Origin: Candidatus Iainarchaeum sp.
Lineage (GTDB): Archaea > Iainarchaeota > Iainarchaeia > Iainarchaeales > UBA10219
DNA: 64,000 bases
Reading direction: 5' to 3'
Assembly: GCA_018304425.1 (NCBI GenBank)
Contig: JAGVWE010000005.1
Span: 128,001-192,000, forward strand
Part shown: positions 57,081 to 64,000 of the stretch, in pieces
Layout of the letters: every line of letters starts with the position of its first letter
Position numbering within the stretch: position 1 is the first letter of the stretch
The notes under the pieces: generated by a model
What the model was told of the DNA's origin: nothing
Seen by the model: the letters and a program-made list of their open reading frames with translations, nothing else
The model's database searches: none
Made by a program: the position numbers and the translations under genes

Positions 57081-57389
57081 TCAGCCGAACAATCCTGCGA
57101 GTCCTTCCGCTGCTTCCGCTTCCGATTTGCCGGCATCTTCCTTCTTCTCTTCCTTCTTGGCTTCGCCGGCGTGGCCTGCTGCGGCTGCTGGTGCGGCGGC
57201 TGCGGCTGGCGCGAAGGCTGCCTGCTTGATTGCGTCGTCGATGTTCACGTCCTTGAGGGACGCGACCAGCGCCTTCACCTGCGCTGAATCAGCCTTGACT
57301 CCGGCTGCTTCCAGCACCTTGGTTACGTGCGCTTCGTCGACTGGCTGCTTTACGGAATGCAAGAGCATTGCAGTGTAGACGTACTCCAT
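57081..57389 (-). CDS. rpl12: 50S ribosomal protein P1/L12
   Basis: MEYVY...GLAGLFG. Confidence 0.97.
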   Translation of the reverse strand: MEYVYTAMLLHSVKQPVDEAHVTKVLEAAGVKADSAQVKALVASLKDVNIDDAIKQAAFAPAAAAAPAAAAGHAGEAKKEEKKEDAGKSEAEAAEGLAGLFG

Positions 57390-57429
57390 TTTTTCACCTC
57401 GCAAGATTTTTTTGTAAGCCTTACTCCCT

Positions 57430-58323
57430 TCACTCCTTCTTCTCCGGTGCCTCGGCCTTCGAGGCCTCGGCCGCCGCCGCTGGTCCCTTGACCAGGCCCT
57501 TCAACGCGCCTGCCTGGGCGCTGGCCTTGGCCAGCAACAGGGGCGTGGTCTCGGCCGTGAAAATGCCGGCCTCCAGGGCCAATGCCCTGGCTTCCCTCGC
57601 CGCCTTGCCGATAAGCAGGGGCGTGGTCTGCACCGTCAAGTACGCGATGTTGAACGCCAAGTTGAAGGCCTGGGTGTGGGCGACGACGAAGTCGTTGAAC
57701 ACCTGGTCCAAGTCGATGTCAAGGACGTCGGCCTTGTAAATCAGGCCCTTCTCCAGGGCAGCTGAAACCCGCATCGCGATTTTGATGGGCTTGATGTTGA
57801 GCTTGGAAAGCGTGGATGCAACGGGCTTGGTGATGGGCTGGCCCTTCTTCGTGACCACCTTGTCTTCGACGACGTGAATGGTTGCACCCATCGGCCGGAC
57901 GTTCAAGCCGGCTGCCTTGAGGTCGGACAGGGCCGGGCCAGGCGGCAGGCCCGTGTCCCCCGCCGGCACCGTGATGTCTTCAGGGGCCAGTTGGCCTTCC
58001 TTGGCAAAGGCAGCGCCCTTGTTCTTCTTGATAAACCCATACAATTCAAAGGGGTTCATCTTGCTGAAAATGATGCCCACGCTGCCCTTGACGTTCTCGG
58101 TGAGGCCCGCTCCCTTGAGCCTGGATTCCTCGATGGCCTTCTGCACCACCCTCGCCTTGGACACCCTGACCACGGCATTGGGGTAGAGTTTCTTCCGCAA
58201 CTGCGCGAAGAGGTTGGCCGGGAACCTTTCCAGGTCGGCCACGGCGATGACCGGGTAACTGTTCAGCAAATCCTTGATCTCGGCCAGCTGCTGCTTCTTC
58301 CACTTGAGGGTGTGGGACTTCAT
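57430..58323 (-). CDS. rplP0: 50S ribosomal protein P0/L10
   Basis: VPAGDTGLPPGP, LSKLNIKP; operon position. Confidence 0.95.
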   Translation of the reverse strand: MKSHTLKWKKQQLAEIKDLLNSYPVIAVADLERFPANLFAQLRKKLYPNAVVRVSKARVVQKAIEESRLKGAGLTENVKGSVGIIFSKMNPFELYGFIKKNKGAAFAKEGQLAPEDITVPAGDTGLPPGPALSDLKAAGLNVRPMGATIHVVEDKVVTKKGQPITKPVASTLSKLNIKPIKIAMRVSAALEKGLIYKADVLDIDLDQVFNDFVVAHTQAFNLAFNIAYLTVQTTPLLIGKAAREARALALEAGIFTAETTPLLLAKASAQAGALKGLVKGPAAAAEASKAEAPEKKE

Positions 58324-59153
58324 TGCGCGTCGCCTCCCTCGGCGGGTTCAGCAGCGGTTGCTGGCGCAGCGGCTTTGGCTGCTTTCTTGGCTTTCGACTT
58401 TTTGGCGGCCTTGGCTTTCGCCTCGACGGGTTCCGATGCCTTCTTGGTTTCGGCCGCCGCCTTCCGGGCCAGCTTTTCCTTGTCAAGCTTGCGGTAGAAC
58501 GCGCCAATCTTGACGCAGGGCCCCATGGTCAGCTTCACGAACGCGTTCTTGATGTTGTGCTTCTTCTTTTCGAGCACGGGCAGCACCGCGTTGTAGACTG
58601 CCAAGGCATTGGCGACGAGTTGCTGGTCCTCGCTTTTCTCGCTGCCGATGAGTAGTTGGACCACGGGCATGAACTTGCCCTTGTTGTTGGACACCTTCAC
58701 GCTGGACGCCATGCCGGCCACGAACTTCTCGTACTCGGCGACGCTGGGCTGCATGGGCTTGGGCATCTTCCGCTTGGGGGCCAGAGTCTGGCCCAGGCAT
58801 TTCGCGACCACCAGCATGACCGCTCCCTCGGCGAGAAAACCATCATAGTCGTTGGCGAGTTTCTCGCCTTCCTTCTTGCCGAGCTTTTCGAGGTCCGCCT
58901 CCAACAGGAAGGGAATGCCTTTTTCCTTCAATTGTTCGGCGAAGTTCCGGTCCTTGACGAACACGAGGACTTTTGCCTGCGCGGCCTGACCCGTCCCAAA
59001 CGGCAGGGTCACGTCCACGCTGACGCGGTTCGTGGCCTTCTTGAAGTCAACTCCCTTGAAGTTGATGCCGAACTCGACGGACTGCGTGAACTTCCTCGGA
59101 GGCGAGGACTCGCGCATCAGCTTGACGGCTTCCAGTATTTCCCTTTCTTCCAC
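58320..59153 (-). CDS. rpl1: 50S ribosomal protein L1
   Basis: RKFTQSVE, LGQTLAPKRKMP, KLTMGP; GTG start after GGAGGT SD. Confidence 0.95.
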   Translation of the reverse strand: MEEREILEAVKLMRESSPPRKFTQSVEFGINFKGVDFKKATNRVSVDVTLPFGTGQAAQAKVLVFVKDRNFAEQLKEKGIPFLLEADLEKLGKKEGEKLANDYDGFLAEGAVMLVVAKCLGQTLAPKRKMPKPMQPSVAEYEKFVAGMASSVKVSNNKGKFMPVVQLLIGSEKSEDQQLVANALAVYNAVLPVLEKKKHNIKNAFVKLTMGPCVKIGAFYRKLDKEKLARKAAAETKKASEPVEAKAKAAKKSKAKKAAKAAAPATAAEPAEGGDAQ

Positions 59154-59283
59154 GTTGAACGACCTCCCAATATCAGTCCCGAAGGGCTGGATTGGTGAAA
59201 CGGTGCTAACCACCCGGAGGCGAAAAATAGCACGTAAACGCACTAATTGGCTGCGGCAAGGTTTTTAAAGCTATTCCCGGCGG

Positions 59284-59841
59284 CTATTGCTCAAACAACG
59301 GAAGCTGGCGAGCCCGTCCAGTAGGCTCCTGGCGGATTTCCAAGGCCCGATGAAAAACCAGCAGGGCCTCCCGCTCGGTGCTTCCCTTTTTTAACCGGTT
59401 TTTTGCCTGTTCAACCGCATCCAAAACGAGTTTCCGGTTCTGGGGGCTAACTGTGTCCGACAAATAGCTTTGGGCATAGGCGCGGATGCTGAAGTTCTCG
59501 TGCAATAACGCGTTGGCCACGGCCCGGATGGCAAAACGGTTGCCGTGGGAGGCCAGCAAACCCAACTTGAGCAAGGCATGGGCTTGGATTCCATGGGATT
59601 CCTTGCTATAAAGGACTCGGTTGATTTGGTTCACGGCGGCCATGGAAGCCCGGGTGTTGCCGTTCAGAGCCAAGCGAGTGAAGCGCTCCAATGCCGCCTC
59701 GAGCTCTTCCTGCGAAGGAGCGCGCCAGCGTTTTTTGACTCTGCCTTCCTTGGTTCGCACAAAAGAGGACACCGTCCGAACCCGGCCTCTCCGGTCCACT
59801 TCAAGGCGGCCGACACGGTTCAAGCGACTGGGTACCGACAT
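59284..59841 (-). CDS. ORFan with Arg-rich N-terminus and HEAT-like helices, inserted in the r-protein cluster
   Basis: 185 aa; ALLHENFSIRAYA HEAT-like segment; own TTTTATATA box at about 59872-59880. Confidence 0.6.
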   Translation of the reverse strand: MSVPSRLNRVGRLEVDRRGRVRTVSSFVRTKEGRVKKRWRAPSQEELEAALERFTRLALNGNTRASMAAVNQINRVLYSKESHGIQAHALLKLGLLASHGNRFAIRAVANALLHENFSIRAYAQSYLSDTVSPQNRKLVLDAVEQAKNRLKKGSTEREALLVFHRALEIRQEPTGRARQLPLFEQ

Positions 59842-59903
59842 TCATTCCACGCACTAATTAGGGGAGCAGGTTATATAAAAAAAGCGAGCCCAAAAAAAGC
59901 GCT

Positions 59904-60806
59904 TCACTTCTTTTTCTTGGGCCGGATGATGAGCGTGTTCCTATCCTCGGCCATGATATGGGTCATGGCAGTACTGGCCGAGGGCTTGGGCTTGGCTGTG
60001 CCGCGCTGCATTTCCTGGATGGCGCTCAACGGCCGGGCCGGAGCTTTGGGGACCTCGACCTTAGGGGCCTCGGCGGCCTTGGGTGTCTCGGCGGCCTTGG
60101 GAGTTACGTGCACAGGCACGGGTTCCTGCACCTTGGACGCGCCCGAAGGGTGGGGCACCGCGGGTTTCTCCATGACCGGCTCGGCCTTGGGTTCAATGTG
60201 CTTGGGCTCGTGTTTTGGCTCCTCCTTGGGAGCGGCAACGGCCTTGGGGGGCTCGTGCTTGGGCAAAGCCTTGGGTTCTTCCGGGGCTTTCTTGGGCGCT
60301 TCTTCGACGGCGTACTCCTTTTTTTCGGCGGGGGCGCCGAAGACGTCCGAGAACTCTCCCGCGTCAAAGCGTTTCTGCATGTCCTTGCCGCGCAGGCCCT
60401 CCACTTGGACGCCCATGGAATCGCAGACGCCGATGACTTCGCGGGCCGCGCTGCGCAGGCTATAGGAGTTCATCTTGCCCATCTTCATTTCCGCGACCTT
60501 CTTGACCTGGTCGAGGGTCGCGTTGCCCACGACTTCCGTCTTGGGGTTGGCGGCGCCGCGCTCGATGCCCAGCTCTTTCTTGATGAGTGCGCTCGTGGGC
60601 GGGCTGCCCACTTCGATGTCGAAGGACTTGGTCTTCGCGTCCACCAAAACCTTGACCGGCACCTTCATGCCGACAAAGGCCTTCGTCTTCTCGTTGATCG
60701 CGGAAACGACTTCGCCGATGTTCACGCCCATGGGACCCAATGCCGGGCCGAGGGGCGCGCCGGCGCTTGCTTTTCCGCCGTCCACCATGACGCTGAGTTC
60801 GGGCAT
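59904..60806 (-). CDS. rpl11: 50S ribosomal protein L11 with long Pro/Glu/Lys-rich C-terminal extension
   Basis: GGKASAGAPLGPALGP, PPTSALIKKELG, GVCDSMGV. Confidence 0.95.
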   Translation of the reverse strand: MPELSVMVDGGKASAGAPLGPALGPMGVNIGEVVSAINEKTKAFVGMKVPVKVLVDAKTKSFDIEVGSPPTSALIKKELGIERGAANPKTEVVGNATLDQVKKVAEMKMGKMNSYSLRSAAREVIGVCDSMGVQVEGLRGKDMQKRFDAGEFSDVFGAPAEKKEYAVEEAPKKAPEEPKALPKHEPPKAVAAPKEEPKHEPKHIEPKAEPVMEKPAVPHPSGASKVQEPVPVHVTPKAAETPKAAEAPKVEVPKAPARPLSAIQEMQRGTAKPKPSASTAMTHIMAEDRNTLIIRPKKKK

Positions 60807-60816
60807 TGGGTTTCAT

Positions 60817-61257
60817 TCACTCCTTCAAAATCCGGATGTGCTCGGCCTTGATGGTAACCGGGATCTTGACCGCGGCTTCGAGCAATTCAACCGTGACCTC
60901 TTCCTTAGTGTCGTTCACCCTAATAACCCTTGCCTTTTCGCCCTTGAAGGGCCCGGTGATGAGTTCGACCTTCTGGCCGGCCTTGATGGACTTCATGAGG
61001 GGCTTGGCCTCCAAGAGGCTGGATAGCTCGTCAATCTTGACTTCCCCGCCGACGATGCCCCGGCCCTTGATGTGGGGCGTGTTGGCGATGCCTCGCCTCA
61101 CCGTCATCTCGTTGTCGGCCTCGACCAGGATATAACCCTTCAAGCCGGGAATCACGCAAAACGAGTAAATGTTCAGGTCCTCTTTCCTAATCTTGTTGGC
61201 GAGAATGTCGACTACGAGGGACTCCTGTCCGACCGTGGTCCGCACCGTGAAAATCAT
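60817..61257 (-). CDS. spt5: Transcription elongation factor Spt5
   Basis: RTTVGQE, KGYILVEA, KOW GPFKGEKA. Confidence 0.96.
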   Translation of the reverse strand: MIFTVRTTVGQESLVVDILANKIRKEDLNIYSFCVIPGLKGYILVEADNEMTVRRGIANTPHIKGRGIVGGEVKIDELSSLLEAKPLMKSIKAGQKVELITGPFKGEKARVIRVNDTKEEVTVELLEAAVKIPVTIKAEHIRILKE

Positions 61258-61329
61258 GGAAAAACCCTTTCCTTCAACGAAACGCTATTGGATTAAAGTA
61301 ATAACAATTATAAAAGCGTGCCTACGTGC

Positions 61330-61512
61330 CTACGCCTTCAAGCCCAGGAACAGGAAGACCAGGCTGATGAGGAAGCCAATGATGCCGATGAGGATGATGC
61401 CAATGCCCGTGACCTTCACCATGGTCGCGTACTCCTTGGCGTCGGGCTTCTTGGAGACCATGAGAATCCTCTTCGAGGCCTCCAAGAACTCCTGCAACGA
61501 CATTCCAAACAT
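61330..61512 (-). CDS. secE: Protein translocase SecE/Sec61 gamma
   Basis: RILMVSKKPDAKEY followed by a TM helix. Confidence 0.93.
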   Translation of the reverse strand: MFGMSLQEFLEASKRILMVSKKPDAKEYATMVKVTGIGIILIGIIGFLISLVFLFLGLKA

Positions 61513-61608
61513 GCTGATTCAGCCTCTTCCGACAAATATTACCGCCCCATCGAACCCCTTTGGGGCAAGATGGGGCACGTATAGCGCGCAGCCGCCGCTT
61601 TCGTGCGG

Positions 61609-62802
61609 CTACCCGGTGAACTCAATGCCCAGGTCAAGCGGTCCCTTGGGGACCTTCAACTCGCCTTTCTCGGCGTCGAATTCCTCGACGTTGTCCAGGT
61701 AGGGAAACCTTCCCCCGGCGATGACGACCATGGCCTGGATCTGGTTCCTGGGAATGTTTTCGTCGATCATGGCGCCCCAGATGATGTGCGCGTTGGGGTT
61801 GATTTTGGCCGAGACCGCTTCCACGATCATTTCGGCCTCGCGCAGGGTCATGTCGGTTCCGCCCACCACGTTGACCAGGGCCCGGTTGGCGCCGGAAATG
61901 TCGACGTCCAACAGGGGTGAGGTCAACGCGTTTTCAACGGCTTCCAAAGCCCTTGAATCCGAGGCCTTCTCGCTCCTGGACTCGCCCAAGCCAATCATGG
62001 CCGCTCCCCCGTTGTGGAGGATGGTGCGCAGGTCCGCGAAGTCGAGGTTGATGAGGCCTGGCTTGGTGACCATTTCGGTGATGCCCTTGACGGCGTTGGT
62101 CAGCACCTCGTCCGCGACCTTGAACGCGGTGTTCAACGGCAGGTCCGGCGCAATCTCGAGTATCTTGTCGTTGGGAATGACGATGACCGTGTCCGCGTTC
62201 TTGCGGAGCCTGGCCAGTCCCTGGAGGGCGTGCTCCATGCGAGTCCTGCCTTCCACCGTGAACGGCAGGGTGACGACTCCAATTGTGAGCGCCTTGACTT
62301 CGGACGCGATTTCCGCGATGATGGGTGCAGCCCCGGTTCCCGTGCCGCCGCCCATTCCACACGTTATGAAGATGAGGTCGGAGTCCGCGAAGGTCTCGAT
62401 GAGTTCGTCCAGCGATTCCCGCGCCGCGGCTTCTCCAACCGTTGGGTCGGAGCCCGAGCCCAGACCTCTGGTCAGCTTGCGGCCGATGAGGACTTTCCGG
62501 TCAGCGGCCACCTTCAACAGGTCCTGGGCGTCCGTGTTAATGGCGTAGGTTTCCGCGCCAATGATGCCGACTTCGCTCATGCGGTTAATCGTGTTGCAGC
62601 CGCCTCCCCCGCAGCCCACCACTCTAATGCGGGCCTGGGCTTTTTCCAGCAACTCGATGAGGTCCTCTTCCTTGTAATTGGTCTTGGCCTTGGGCTTGCC
62701 CTTGACCGCGTCGATTTTGTCCTTCAATTTGTCCATTTTCTTCTCAGCCTCGATGCGTTTAACGGCCTTGTTCACCAGCGAAGTGTCCTTGTCCAGTATC
62801 AC
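61609..62802 (-). CDS. ftsZ: Cell division protein FtsZ
   Basis: GCGGGGCN, GGGTGTG, INLDFAD. Confidence 0.98.
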   Translation of the reverse strand: MILDKDTSLVNKAVKRIEAEKKMDKLKDKIDAVKGKPKAKTNYKEEDLIELLEKAQARIRVVGCGGGGCNTINRMSEVGIIGAETYAINTDAQDLLKVAADRKVLIGRKLTRGLGSGSDPTVGEAAARESLDELIETFADSDLIFITCGMGGGTGTGAAPIIAEIASEVKALTIGVVTLPFTVEGRTRMEHALQGLARLRKNADTVIVIPNDKILEIAPDLPLNTAFKVADEVLTNAVKGITEMVTKPGLINLDFADLRTILHNGGAAMIGLGESRSEKASDSRALEAVENALTSPLLDVDISGANRALVNVVGGTDMTLREAEMIVEAVSAKINPNAHIIWGAMIDENIPRNQIQAMVVIAGGRFPYLDNVEEFDAEKGELKVPKGPLDLGIEFTG

Positions 62803-62979
62803 AATCTTGACCCCCTAAGTTGCACCCGTTGCCCGGCTTTCGGGCGATTTGGGCAATATATTACTCCCGTCTGAAAGGCTTTTAAAGGGTGCCCCCACAA
62901 GAAGCCCCTAAAACCCCTCAAACCGGCTGATTCAGGCTTAAAAATAATAAGCAAGCAGGCGTAATAGGGTAAGAGGGTT

Positions 62980-63936
62980 ATGCCAGGCAACCGGTTTAAA
63001 TCCATTGTACGGGACATTAAGTGCCTTAAAATCCAGGGCGCCAGCCAGGTCCGCAAGTGGGCCATGAAGGCCCTGCGCTGGAGCGTCCGGGACAGCAGGG
63101 CCCGCTCCCTGGAAGCCTTTCGCCGGGAATTGAAGGGGAACGCGGTAACCCTGTTGAGGACGCGGCCCACGGAACCCGAGCTGCGCACCAGCCTCCGCAT
63201 CTTCTTGCAGCAGGCCAACACCGGGTCTCCCACGGTTCCGGCCTTGAAGCGGCTCCTGTTGAAGGCCTTGGACGGCTATGAAGGGGAACGCGTGCAGGCC
63301 TTGAAGGACGTGGCCGAAAACGGGTTGAAGGTCTTCTTCGACAACGCGGTTGTTTTCACGCACTGCCACTCGCACACCGTGGAAGCCGTTTTGTTGAAGG
63401 CCTGGAAGGCCGGCAAACTGAAAAGGGTTTACTGCACGGAGACGAGGCCGCTCTTCCAAGGCAGAATCACCGCGGCCAACCTCGCGAAGCACGGCGTGCC
63501 CGTGACCCTCATGGTTGACGGCGCCGCCGCCACCTACATGAAGGAAGCCGACTTCTTCTTGTCCGGGGCCGATGCCGTGCTCGAAGACGGGAGCGTGGTG
63601 AACAAGGTGGGCACCAAGGCATTGTCCCTGATTGCGGCCCGTGAAGGCAAGCCCCACTTCGTGGCCTGTTCGACGAAAAAGTTCGACCCCATCACGTACT
63701 TTGGCGTCGAAGAAAAAATCGAGATGCGGAACCCGCGCGAGGTCTGGCCCGATAAACCCGGGCGCGTGCAGGTCCTGAACCCGGCCTTCGACTTGACCGA
63801 GGCAAGGTACGTGAAAGGCATCCTCACCGAGAAAGGCGTGCTCAAGCCCGAGCTCTTCGCCCTGCACATGATCAAGGAACTGGAACTCGACAAAAACAAG
63901 CGCGAGTGGTTCAGCCTGATCAGGTTGATGAAATAG
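62980..63936 (+). CDS. eIF-2B alpha/beta/delta family protein (ribose-1,5-bisphosphate isomerase-like)
   Basis: IQGA, RPTEP, THCHS, ETRP..QG, GADAV, NKVGT, NPAFD. Confidence 0.88.
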   Translation: MPGNRFKSIVRDIKCLKIQGASQVRKWAMKALRWSVRDSRARSLEAFRRELKGNAVTLLRTRPTEPELRTSLRIFLQQANTGSPTVPALKRLLLKALDGYEGERVQALKDVAENGLKVFFDNAVVFTHCHSHTVEAVLLKAWKAGKLKRVYCTETRPLFQGRITAANLAKHGVPVTLMVDGAAATYMKEADFFLSGADAVLEDGSVVNKVGTKALSLIAAREGKPHFVACSTKKFDPITYFGVEEKIEMRNPREVWPDKPGRVQVLNPAFDLTEARYVKGILTEKGVLKPELFALHMIKELELDKNKREWFSLIRLMK

Positions 63937-63947
63937 GGGGCAAACAA

Positions 63948-64000
63948 ATGAAACCAGGAGCAAAGCCGCGCACGCCATTCAGGCAACGGCTGGGCCGCCT
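63948..64000 (+). CDS. Start of a probable ORFan, MKPGAKPRTPFRQRLGR... (truncated by the window end)
   Basis: ATG after AGGGGG SD-like sequence, open to the window end. Confidence 0.35.
   Translation, partial: MKPGAKPRTPFRQRLGR

Overview
Archaeal, GC-rich chromosomal window. Archaeal markers: ftsZ-secE-spt5-rpl11-[ORFan]-rpl1-rplP0-rpl12 cluster, rpl44e, archaeal AlaRS, TATA-type promoters, CCA-less tRNAs and a BHB tRNA intron. The mix of bacterial-type enzymes (LeuRS core, fused GuaA, GlmS/GlmM, a RelA/SpoT synthetase) and many Arg/Pro-rich ORFans suggests a DPANN lineage, possibly Iainarchaeota/Diapherotrites (inference). The window is mostly housekeeping genes, plus six tRNAs, a very compact RNase P RNA and two toxin-antitoxin pairs. 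The strongest unexplained signal is non-coding: two families of short double-hairpin elements with compensatory substitutions occur only at tRNA genes. They lie directly 5' of tRNA-Leu and tRNA-Ser(CGA), directly 3' of tRNA-Gly, inside the tRNA-Ser(GGA) intron, and on both sides of tRNA-Ala, which sits within about 10 hairpins. Also notable: an intein-containing SMC whose apex appears to be a Rad50-like CPVC zinc hook rather than a hinge, a candidate stand-alone sRNA, a solo alarmone synthetase, a Pyr4/PaxB-like membrane terpene cyclase and a tandem triplet of ORFan paralogues. All calls come from reading motifs by eye; no database searches were run.
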